A stretch of 64,000 nucleotides of DNA. Source: Eledone cirrhosa (taxonomy: Eukaryota). The notes under the pieces are model-generated. The model was not told where the DNA came from, ran no database searches, and saw only the letters and a list, made by a program, of their open reading frames with translations. Of this stretch, positions 52,801 through 64,000 are shown piece by piece (within the stretch, counting starts at the first letter, position 1; every line of letters starts with the position of its first letter). Where the stretch lies: NCBI GenBank assembly GCA_964016885.1, contig OZ024740.1:251906001-251970000 (forward strand). Reading direction: 5' to 3'. Both the position numbers and the translations under genes were made by a program.

Positions 52801-54100
52801 GGCTGGAAATTATCTCCCCTTGGACGGCTAGAAATTATCTCTCTTTGGACGGCTGGAAATTATCTCCCCTTGATTTTTTTTACAAATTATCTCCCCCTGA
52901 TTTTCTTTACAAATATCCCAGTGATTTTTTTTAAAAAATTATCTCCCCTTCGCTGGCTGGAAATTATCTCCCCTTGGACGCTGGAAATTATAGCCCCTTG
53001 GAGGGCTGGAAATTATCTTCCCTTGGACGGCTGGAAATTATCTCCCCTTGATTTTTTTTACAAATTATCTCCCCCTGATTTTTTTTTACAAATTATCTCC
53101 CCCTGATTTTTTTTACAAATTATCTCCCCCTTATTTTTTTTTACAACTTATCTCCGCCTGATTTTTTTTAAAAAATCATCTCCCCTTGGACGGCTGGAAA
53201 TTATCTCCCCTTGGACGGCTGGAAATTATCTCTCCTTGGACGGCTAGAAATTACCTCTCCTTGGACGGCTGAAAATTATCTCCCCTTGGACGGCTGGAAA
53301 TTATCTCCCCTTGATTTTTTTTACAAATTATCTTCCCCTGATTTTTTTTACAAATTATCTCCCCTGATTTTTTTTTACAAATTATCTCCCCCTGATTTTT
53401 TTTTACAAATTATCTCCCCCTGATTTTTTTTACAAATTATCTCCCCCTGATTTTTTTACAAATTATCTCCCCTTGGCTGGCTGGAAATTATCTCCCCTTG
53501 GAGGCAGGAATTTATCTCCCCTTGGACGGCTAGAAATTACCTCTCCTTGGACGGCTGGAAAATATGTCTCCTTGGGCGGCTGGAAATTATCTCCCCTTGG
53601 ACGGCTGGAAATTATCTCCCCTTGGACGGCTGGAAATTATCTCCCCTTGGACGGCTAGAAATTACCTCTCCTTGGACGGCTGAAAATTATCTCCCCTTGG
53701 ACGGCTGGAAATTATCTCCCCTTGATTTTTTTACAAATTATCTCCCCCTGATTTTTTTTTACAAATTATCTCCCCCTGATTTTTTTTTACAAATTATCTC
53801 CCACTGATTTTTTTTTACAAATTATCTCCCCCTGATTTTTTTTTTACAAATTATCTCCGCCTGATTTTTTTAAAAAAATTATCTCCCCTTGGACGGCTGG
53901 AAATTATCTCCCCTTGGACGGCTGGAAATTATCTCCCCTTGGACGGCTAGAAATTACCTCTCCTTGGACGGCTGAAAATTATCTCCCCTTGGACGGCTGC
54001 AAATTATCTCCCCTTGATTTTTTTTACAAATTATCTCCCCCTGATTTTTTTTACAAATTATCTCCCCCTGATTTTTTTTACAAATTATCTCCCCCTGATT
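49860..54100 (+). repeat. Tandem duplication, 2095-bp unit, about 2 copies
   Basis: Pseudo-ORF pairs 50700/52795, 51116/53211, 51378/53473 and 51819/53914. Private variant GATTTTCTTTACAAATATCCCAG at ~50804/52899. Confidence 0.9.
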
Positions 54101-57100
54101 TTTTTTTACAAATTATCTCCCCCTGATTTTTTTTACAAATTATCTCCCCCTGATTTTTTTTACAAATTATCTCCCCCTGATTTTTTTTACAAATTATCTC
54201 CCCCTGATTTTTTTTACAATCTCCGCCTGATTTTTTAAAAAATTATCTTCCCTTGGCTGGCGGGAAATTATCTCCCCTTGGACGGCTGGAAATTATCTCC
54301 CCTTGGACGGCTAGAAATTATCTCTCTTTGGACGGCTGGAAATTATCTCCCCTTGATTTTTTTTACAAATTATCTCCCCCTGATTTTTTTTACAAATTAT
54401 CCCCGCATGATTTTTAAAAAAAAAATTATCTCCCCTTCGCTGGCTGGAAATTATCTCCCCTTGGACGCTGGAAATTATAGCCCCTTGGAGGGCTGGAAAT
54501 TATCTTCCCTTGGACGGCTGGAAATTATCTCCCCTTAATTTTTTTTACAAATTATCTCCCCCTGATTTTTTTTTACAAATTATCTCCCCCTGATTTTTTT
54601 TTACAAATTATCTCCCCCTGATTTTTTTTTTTACAAATTATCTCCGCCTGATTTTAAAAAAAAAATTATCTCCCCTTGGACGGCTGGAAATTATCTCCTC
54701 TTGGACGGCTGGAAATTATCTCCCCTTGGACGGCTAGAAATTACCTCTCCTTGGACGGCTGAAAATTATCTCCCCTTGGACGGCTGCAAATTATCTCCCC
54801 TTGATTTTTTTTACAAATTATCTCCCCCTGATTTTTTTTACAAATTATCTCCCCCTGATTTTTTTTACAAATTATCTCCCCCTGATTTTTTTTTACAAAT
54901 TATCTCCCCCTGATTTTTTTTTACAAATTATCTCCCCCTGATTTTTTTTACAAATTATCTCCCCCTGATTTTTTTTTACAAATTATCTCCCCCTGATTTT
55001 TTTTTACAAATTATCTCCCCTTGATTTTTTTTACAAATTATCTCCCCCTGATTTTTTTTTTACAAATTATCTCCCCCTGATTTTTTTACAAATTATCTCC
55101 CCCTGATTTTTTTTACAAATTATCTCCCCCTGATTTTTTTTACAAATTATCTCCCCTTGATTTTTTTTTACAAATTATCTCCCCCTGATTTTTTTTTTAC
55201 AAATTATCTCCCCCTGATTTTTTTAAAAATTATCTTCCCTTGGCTGGCGGGAAATTATCTCCCCTTGGACGGCTGGAAATTATCTCCCCTTGGAAGGATG
55301 TAAATTATCTCCCCTTGGACGGCTGGAAATTATCTCCCCTTGCACGGCTGGAAATTATCTCCCCTTGCACGGCTGGAAATTATCTCCCCTTGATTTTTTT
55401 TACAAATTATCTCCCCCTGATTTTTTTTTACAAATTATCTCCCCCTGATTTTTTTTTACAAATTATCTCCCCCTGATTTTTTTTACAAATTATCTCCCCC
55501 TGAATTTTAAAAAAAAAATTATCTCCCCTTCGCTGGCTGGAAATTATCTCCCCTTGGACGCTGGAAATTATAGCCCCTTGGAGGGCTGGAAATTATCTTC
55601 CCTTGGACGGCTGGAAATTATCTTCCCTTGGACGGCTGGAAATTATCTCCCCTTGATTTTTTTTACAAATTATCTCCCCCTGATTTTTTTTTACAAATTA
55701 TCTCCCCCTGATTTTTTTTACAAATTATCTACCCCTGATTTTTTTTACAAATTATCTCCCCCTGATTTTTTTTTACAAATTATCTCCCTCTGATTTTTTT
55801 TTACAAATTATCTCCCCCTGATTTTTTTTTTACAAATTATCTCCCCCTGATTTTTTTACAAATTATCTCCCCCTGATTTTTTTTACAATCTCCGCCTGAT
55901 TTTTTAAAAAATTATCTTCCCTTGGCTGGCGGGAAATTATCTCCCCTTGGACGGCTGGAAATTATCTCCCCTTGGACTGCTAGAAATTATCTCTCTTTGG
56001 ACGGCTGGAAATTATCTCCCCTTGATTTTTTTTACAAATTATCTCCCCCTGATTTTTTTTACAAATTATCCCCGCATGATTTTTAAAAAAAAAATTATCT
56101 CCCCTTCGCTGGCTGGAAATTATCTCCCCTTGGACGCTGGAAATTATAGCCCCTTGGAGGGCTGGAAATTATCTTCCCTTGGACGGCTGGAAATTATCTC
56201 CCCTTGATTTTTTTTACAAATTATCTCCCCCTGATTTTTTTTTACAAATTATCTCCCCCTGATTTTTTTTTACAAATTATCTCCCCCTGATTTTTTTTTT
56301 TACAAATTATCTCCGCCTGATTTTTAAAAAAAAATTATCTCCCCTTGGACGGCTGGAAATTATCTCCCCTTGGACGGCTGGAAATTATCTCCCCTTGGAC
56401 GGCTAGAAATTACCTCTCCTTGGACGGCTGAAAATTATCTCCCCTTGGACGGCTGCAAATTATCTCCCCTTGATTTTTTTTACAAATTATCTCCCCCTGA
56501 TTTTTTTTACAAATTATCTCCCCCTGATTTTTTTTACAAATTATCTCCCCCTGATTTTTTTTTACAAATTATCTCCCCCTGATTTTTTTTTACAAATTAT
56601 CTCCCCCTGATTTTTTTTACAAATTATCTCCCCCTGATTTTTTTTACAAATTATCTCCCCCTGATTTTTTTTTACAAATTATCTCCCCTTGATTTTTTTT
56701 TACAAATTATCTCCCCCTGATTTTTTTTTTACAAATTATCTCCCCCTGATTTTTTTACAAATTATCTCCCCCTGATTTTTTTTACAAATTATCTCCCCCT
56801 GATTTTTTTTACAAATTATCTCCCCTTGATTTTTTTTTACAAATTATCTCCCCCTGATTTTTTTTTTACAAATTATCTCCCCCTGATTTTTTTAAAAATT
56901 ATCTTCCCTTGGCTGGCGGGAAATTATCTCCCCTTGGACGGCTGGAAATTATCTCCCCTTGGAAGGATGTAAATTATCTCCCCTTGGACGGCTGGAAATT
57001 ATCTCCCCTTGCAAGGCTGGAAATTATCTCCCCTTGATTTTTTTTACAAATTATCTCCCCCTGATTTTTTTTTACAAATTATCTCCCCCTGATTTTTTTT

Positions 57101-60100
57101 TACAAATTATCTCCCCCTGATTTTTTTTACAAATTATCTCCCCCTGATTTAAAAAAAAAAAATTATCTCCCCTTCGCTGGCTGGAAATTATCTCCCCTTG
57201 GACGCTGGAAATTATAGCCCCTTGGAGGGCTGGAAATTATCTTCCCTTGGACGGCTGGAAATTATCTTCCCTTGGACGGCTGGAAATTATCTCCCCTTGA
57301 TTTTTTTTACAAATTATCTCCCCCTGATTTTTTTTTACAAATTATCTCCCCTGATTTTTTTTTACAAATTATCTCCCCCTGATTTTTTTTTTACAAATTA
57401 TCTCCGCTTGATTTTTAAAAAAAAATTATCTCCCCTTGGACGGCTGGAAATTATCTCCCCTTGGACGGCTGGAAATTATCTCCCCTTGGACGGCTAGAAA
57501 TTATCTCTCCTTGGACGGCTGAAAATTATCTCCCCTTGGACGGCTGCAAATTATCTCCCCTTGATTTTTTTTACAAATTATCTCCCCCTGATTTTTTTTT
57601 ACAAATTATCTCCCCCTCATTTTTTTACAAATTATCTACCCCTGATTTTTTTTACAAATTATCTCCGCCTGATTTTTTTAAAAAAATTATCTCCCCTTGG
57701 ACGGCTGGAAATTATCTCCCCTTGGACGGCTGGAAATTATCTCCCGTTGGACGGCTAGAAATTACCTCTCCTTGGACGGCTGAAAATTATCTCCCCTTGG
57801 ACGGCTGCAAATTATCTCCCCTTGATTTTTTTTACAAATTATCCCCCCATGATTTTTAAAAAAAAAATTATCTCCCCTTCGCTGGCTGGAAATTATCTCC
57901 CCTTGGACGCTGGAAATTATAGCCCCTTGGAGGGCTGGAAATTATCTTCCCTTGGACGGCTGGAAATTATCTCCCCTTGATTTTTTTTACAAATTATCTC
58001 CCTCTGATTTTTTTTTACAAATTATCTCCCACTGATTTTTTTTTACAAATTATCTCCCCCTGATTTTTTTTTTACAAATTATCTCCGCGTGATTTTTTTA
58101 AAAAAATTATCTCCCCTTGGACGGCTGGAAATTATCTCCCCTTGGACGGCTGGAAATTATCTCGCCTTGGACGGCTAGAAATTACCTCTCCTTGGACGGC
58201 TGAAAATTATCTCCCCTTGGACGGCTGCAAATTATCTCCCCTTGATTTTTTTTACAAATTATCTCCCCCTGATTTTTTTTACAAATTATCTCCCCCTGAT
58301 TTTTTTTACAAATTATCTCCCCCTGATTTTTTTTTACAAATTATCTCCCCCTGATTTTTTTTCAAAATTATCTCCCCCTGATTTTTTTTACAAATTATCT
58401 CCCCCTGATTTTTTTTACAAATTATCTCCCCCTGATTTTTTTTACAATCTCCGCCTGATTTTTTAAAAAATTATCTTCCCTTGGCTGGCGGGAAATTATC
58501 TCCCCTTGGACGGCTGGAAATTATCTCCCCTTGGACGGCTAGAAATTATCTCTCTTTGGACGGCTGGAAATTATCTCCCCTTGATTTTTTTTACAAATTA
58601 TCTCCCCCTGATTTTTTTTACAAATTATCCCCGCATGATTTTTAAAAAAAAATTATCTCCCCTTCGCTGGCTGGAAATTATCTCCCCTTGGACGCTGGAA
58701 ATTATAGCCCCTTGGAGGGCTGGAAATTATCTTCCCTTGGACGGCTGGAAATTATCTCCCCTTAATTTTTTTTACAAATTATCTCCCCCTGATTTTTTTT
58801 TACAAATTATCTCCCCCTGATTTTTTTTTACAAATTATCTCCCCCTGATTTTTTTTTTTACAAATTATCTCCGCCTGATTTTTAAAAAAAAATTATCTCC
58901 CCTTGGACGGCTGGAAATTATCTCCCCTTGGACGGCTGGAAATTATCTCCCCTTGGACGGCTAGAAATTACCTCTCCTTGGACGGCTGAAAATTATCTCC
59001 CCTTGGACGGCTGCAAATTATCTCCCCTTGATTTTTTTTACAAATTATCTCCCCCTGATTTTTTTTACAAATTATCTCCCCCTGATTTTTTTTACAAATT
59101 ATCTCCCCCTGATTTTTTTTTACAAATTATCTCCCCCTGATTTTTTTTTACAAATTATCTCCCCCTGATTTTTTTTACAAATTATCTCCCCCTGATTTTT
59201 TTTACAAATTATCTCCCCCTGATTTTTTTTTACAAATTATCTCCCCTTGATTTTTTTTTACAAATTATCTGCCCCTGATTTTTTTTTTACAAATTATCTC
59301 CCCCTGATTTTTTTACAAATTATCTCCCCCTGATTTTTTTTACAAATTATCTCCCGCTGATTTTTTTTACAAATTATCTCCCCTTGATTTTTTTTTACAA
59401 ATTATCTCCCCTTGATTTTTTTTTACAAATTATCTCCCCCTGATTTTTTTTTTACAAATTATCTCCCCCTGATTTTTTTAAAAATTATCTTCCCTTGGCT
59501 GGCGGGAAATTATCTCCCCTTGGACGGCTGGAAATTATCTCCCCTTGGAAGGATGTAAATTATCTCCCCTTGGACGGCTGGAAATTATCTCCCCTTGCAC
59601 GGCTGGAAATTATCTCCCCTTGATTTTTTTAGAAATTATCTCCCCCTGATTTTTTTTTACAAATTATCTCCCCCTGATTTTTTTTTACAAATTATCTCCC
59701 CCTGATTTTTTTTACAAATTATCTCCCCCTGATTTTTAAAAAAAAAATTATCTCCCCTTCGCTGGCTGGAAATTATCTCCCCTTGGACGCTGGAAATTAT
59801 AGCCCCTTGGAGGGCTGGAAATTATCTTCCCTTGGACGGCTGGAAATTATCTTCCCTTGGACGGCTGGAAATTATCTCCCCTTGATTTTTTTTACAAATT
59901 ATCTCCCCCTGATTTTTTTTTACAAATTATCTCCCCCTGATTTTTTTTACAAATTATCTACCCCTGATTTTTTTTACAAATTATCTCCCCCTGATTTTTT
60001 TTTACAAATTATCTCCCTCTGATTTTTTTTTACAAATTATCTCCCCCTGATTTTTTTTTTACAAATTATCTCCCCCTGATTTTTTTACAAATTATCTCCC

Positions 60101-63100
60101 CCTGATTTTTTTTACAATCTCCGCCTGATTTTTTAAAAAATTATCTTCCCTTGGCTGGCGGGAAATTATCTCCCCTTGGACGGCTGGAAATTATCTCCCC
60201 TTGGACGGCTAGAAATTATCTCTCTTTGGACGGCTGGAAATTATCTCCCCTTGATTTTTTTTACAAATTATCTCCCCCTGATTTTTTTTACAAATTATCC
60301 CCGCATGATTTTTAAAAAAAAAATTATCTCCCCTTCGCTGGCTGGAAATTATCTCCCCTTGGACGCTGGAAATTATAGCCCCTTGGAGGGCTGGAAATTA
60401 TCTTCCCTTGGACGGCTGGAAATTATCTCCCCTTGATTTTTTTTACAAATTATCTCCCCCTGATTTTTTTTTACAAATTATCTCCCCCTGATTTTTTTTT
60501 ACAAATTATCTCCCCCTGATTTTTTTTTTTACAAATTATCTCCGCCTGATTTTTAAAAAAAAATTATCTCCCCTTGGACGGCTGGAAATTATCTCCCCTT
60601 GGACGGCTGGAAATTATCTCACCTTGGACGGCTAGAAATTACCTCTCCTTGGACGGCTGAAAATTATCTCCCCTTGGACGGCTGCAAATTATCTCCCCTT
60701 GATTTTTTTTACAAATTATCTCCCCCTGATTTTTTTTACAAATTATCTCCCCCTGATTTTTTTTACAAATTATCTCCCCCTGATTTTTTTTTACAAATTA
60801 TCTCCCCCTGATTTTTTTTTACAAATTATCTCCCCCTGATTTTTTTTACAAATTATCTCCCCCTGATTTTTTTTTACAAATTATCTCCCCCTGATTTTTT
60901 TTTACAAATTATCTCCCCTTGATTTTTTTTTACAAATTATCTCCCCCTGATTTTTTTTTTACAAATTATCTCCCCCTGATTTTTTTACAAATTATCTCCC
61001 CCTGATTTTTTTTACAAATTATCTCCCCCTGATTTTTTTTACAAATTATCTCCCCTTGATTTTTTTTTACAAATTATCTCCCCCTGATTTTTTTTTTACA
61101 AATTATCTCCCCCTGATTTTTTTAAAAATTATCTTCCCTTGGCTGGCGGGAAATTATCTCCCCTTGGACGGCTGGAAATTATCTCCCCTTGGAAGGATGT
61201 AAATTATCTCCCCTTGGACGGCTGGAAATTATCTCCCCTTGCACGGCTGGAAATTATCTCCCCTTGATTTTTTTTACAAATTATCTCCCCCTGATTTTTT
61301 TTTACAAATTATCTCCCCCTGATTTTTTTTTACAAATTATCTCCCCCTGATTTTTTTTACAAATTATCTCCCCCTGATTTAAAAAAAAAAAATTATCTCC
61401 CCTTCGCTGGCTGGAAATTATCTCCCCTTGGACGCTGGAAATTATAGCCCCTTGGAGGGCTGGAAATTATCTTCCCTTGGACGGCTGGAAATTATCTTCC
61501 CTTGGACGGCTGGAAATTATCTCCCCTTGATTTTTTTTACAAATTATCTCCCCCTGATTTTTTTTTACAAATTATCTCCCCCTGATTTTTTTTACAAATT
61601 ATCTCCCCCTGATTTTTTTTACAATCTCCGCCTGATTTTTTAAAAAATTATCTTCCCTTGGCTGGCGGGAAATTATCTCCCCTTGGACGGCTGGAAATTA
61701 TCTCCCCTTGGACGGCTAGAAATTATCTCTCTTTGGACGGCTGGAAATTATCTCCCCTTGATTTTTTTTACAAATTATCTCCCCCTGATTTTTTTTACAA
61801 ATTATCCCCGCATGATTTTTAAAAAAAAAATTATCTCCCCTTCGCTGGCTGGAAATTATCTCCCCTTGGACGCTGGAAATTATAGCCCCTTGGAGGGCTG
61901 GAAATTATCTTCCCTTGGACGGCTGGAAATTATCTCCCCTTAATTTTTTTTACAAATTATCTCCCCCTGATTTTTTTTTACAAATTATCTCCCCCTGATT
62001 TTTTTTTACAAATTATCCCCCTGATTTTTTTTTTTACAAATTATCTCCGCCTGATTTTTAAAAAAAAATTATCTCCCCTTGGACGGCTGGAAATTATCTC
62101 CCCTTGGACGGCTGGAAATTATCTCCCCTTGGACGGCTAGAAATTACCTCTCCTTGGACGGCTGAAAATTATCTCCCCTTGGACGGCTGCAAATTATCTC
62201 CCCTTGATTTTTTTTACAAATTATCTCCCCCTGATTTTTTTTACAAATTATCTCCCCCTGATTTTTTTTACAAATTATCTCCCCCTGATTTTTTTTTACA
62301 AATTATCTCCCCCTGATTTTTTTTTACAAATTATCTCCCCCTGATTTTTTTTACAAATTATCTCCCCCTGATTTTTTTTACAAATTATCTCCCCCTGATT
62401 TTTTTTTACAAATTATCTCCCCTTGATTTTTTTTTACAAATTATCTGCCCCTGATTTTTTTTTTACAAATTATCTCCCCCTGATTTTTTTACAAATTATC
62501 TCCCCCTGATTTTTTTTACAAATTATCTCCCCCTGATTTTTTTTACAAATTATATCCCCTTGATTTTTTTTACAAATTATCTCCCCTTGATTTTTTTTTA
62601 CAAATTATCTCCCCCTGATTTTTTTTTTACAAATTATCTCCCCCTGATTTTTTTAAAAATTATCTTCCCTTGGCTGGCGGGAAATTATCTCCCCTTGGAC
62701 GGCTGGAAATTATCTCCCCTTGGAAGGATGTAAATTATCTCCCCTTGGACGGCTGGAAATTATCTCCCCTTGCACGGCTGGAAATTATCTCCCCTTGATT
62801 TTTTTTACAAATTATCTCCCCCTGATTTTTTTTTACAAATTATCTCCCCCTGATTTTTTTTACAAATTATCTCCCCCTGATTTTTTTTACAAATTATCTC
62901 CCCCTGATTTTAAAAAAAAAAATTATCTCCCCTTCGCTGGCTGGAAATTATCTCCCCTTGGACGCTGGAAATTATAGTCCCTTGGAGGGCTGGAAATTAT
63001 CTTCCCTTGGACGGCTGGAAATTATCTTCCCTTGGACGGCTGGAAATTATCTCCCCTTGATTTTTTTTACAAATTATCTCCCCCTGATTTTTTTTTACAA

Positions 63101-64000
63101 ATTATCTCCCCCTGATTTTTTTTACAAATTATCTACCCCTGATTTTTTTACAAATTATCTCCCCCTGATTTTTTTTTACAAATTATCTCCCTCTGATTTT
63201 TTTTTACAAATTATCTCCCCCTGATTTTTTTTTTACAAATTATCTCCCCCTGATTTTTTTACAAATTATCTCCCCCTGATTTTTTTTACAATCTCCGCCT
63301 GATTTTTTAAAAAATTATCTCCCCTTCGCTGGCTGGAAATTATCTCCCCTTGGACGCTGGAAATTATAGCCCCTTGGAGGGCTGGAAATTATCTTCCCTT
63401 GGACGGCTGGAAATTATCTCCCCTTGATTTTTTTTACAAATTATCTCCCCCTGATTTTTTTTTACAAATTATCTCCCCCTGATTTTTTTTTACAAATTAT
63501 CTCCCCCTGATTTTTTTTTTTACAAATTATCTCCGCCTGATTTAAAAAAAAAAATTATCTCCCCTTGGACGGCTGGAAATTATCTCCCCTTGGACGGCTG
63601 GAAATTATCTCCCCTTGGACGGCTAGAAATTACCTCTCCTTGGACGGCTGAAAATTATCTCCCCTTGGACGGCTGCAAATTATCTCCCCTTGATTTTTTT
63701 TACAAATTATCTCCCCCTGATTTTTTTTACAAATTATCTCCCCCTGATTTTTTTTTACAAATTATCTCCCCCTGATTTTTTTTTTACAAATTATCTCCCC
63801 CTGATTTTTTTTACAAATTATCTCCCCCTGATTTTTTTTACAAATTATCTCCCCCTGATTTTTTTTTACAAATTATCTCCCCTTGATTTTTTTTTACAAA
63901 TTATCTCCCCCTGATTTTTTTTTTACAAATTATCTCCCCCTGATTTTTTTACAAATTATCTCCCCCTGATTTTTTTTACAAATTATCTCCCCCTGATTTT

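Larger units (their letters stand above)
1..64000 (+). repeat. Composite satellite array of 25-bp type A and ~27-bp type B monomers sharing the core AAATTATCTCCCC(C/T)TG; runs off both window ends
   Basis: The core recurs every 21-30 bp across the window in one orientation. It is followed by either GACGGCTGG-like (A) or A-T7-11-AC (B) tails. The only non-monomer sequence seen is 12753-13044 and 13634-13937. Confidence 0.99.

Noticed and set aside
225-63914. About 150 short + strand ORFs (e.g. MDGWKLSPLGRLEI..., up to 186 aa)
   Set aside because: They are translations of the repeat. The 25-bp monomer has no + strand stop in any frame and the 27-bp monomer is open in two. Almost all start at TTG inside the monomer and are broken by poly-T length changes. 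The absence of minus-strand ORFs follows from TAA in each core.
1-64000. CRISPR-like look (constant repeat, variable intervening sequence, AT-rich leader-like tract)
   Set aside because: The intervening parts are only 4-16 nt and are themselves repeated hundreds of times. There are no unique spacers and no cas genes.
1-64000. Telomerase-synthesised long repeat like the 23-25 bp yeast telomere units
   Set aside because: It matches no telomere repeat I recognise. Kilobase-scale duplications of variant patterns indicate recombinational copying, not templated addition.

Overview
The whole 64 kb is non-coding tandem satellite DNA, most likely eukaryotic heterochromatin (organism not identifiable from sequence). 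No credible genes, RNA genes, transposons or CRISPR arrays were seen. Two monomer types share the core AAATTATCTCCCC(C/T)TG and are interleaved head-to-tail in one orientation: type A (25 bp, AAATTATCTCCCCTTGGACGGCTGG) and type B (26-30 bp, AAATTATCTCCCCCTGA-T7-11-AC). They form stereotyped blocks, shuffled and amplified into nested higher-order duplications (offsets about 2.1, 3.2, 5.7, 6.1, 8.6, 14.7 and 26.1 kb, read from the ORF-track coordinates and shared private variants). The one real exception is a 1.45 kb island at 12590-14037. It holds a third, more diverged monomer (type C, ...TTGGCCGGCTGG) and two copies, 893 bp apart, of a ~300 bp non-monomer spacer: a ~96% AT quasi-palindrome followed by GAAACCGGGG direct repeats. 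It looks like a piece of a sister or ancestral satellite recombined in through the shared core. All listed ORFs are translation artefacts of the repeat. Duplication boundaries were estimated by eye and are approximate.
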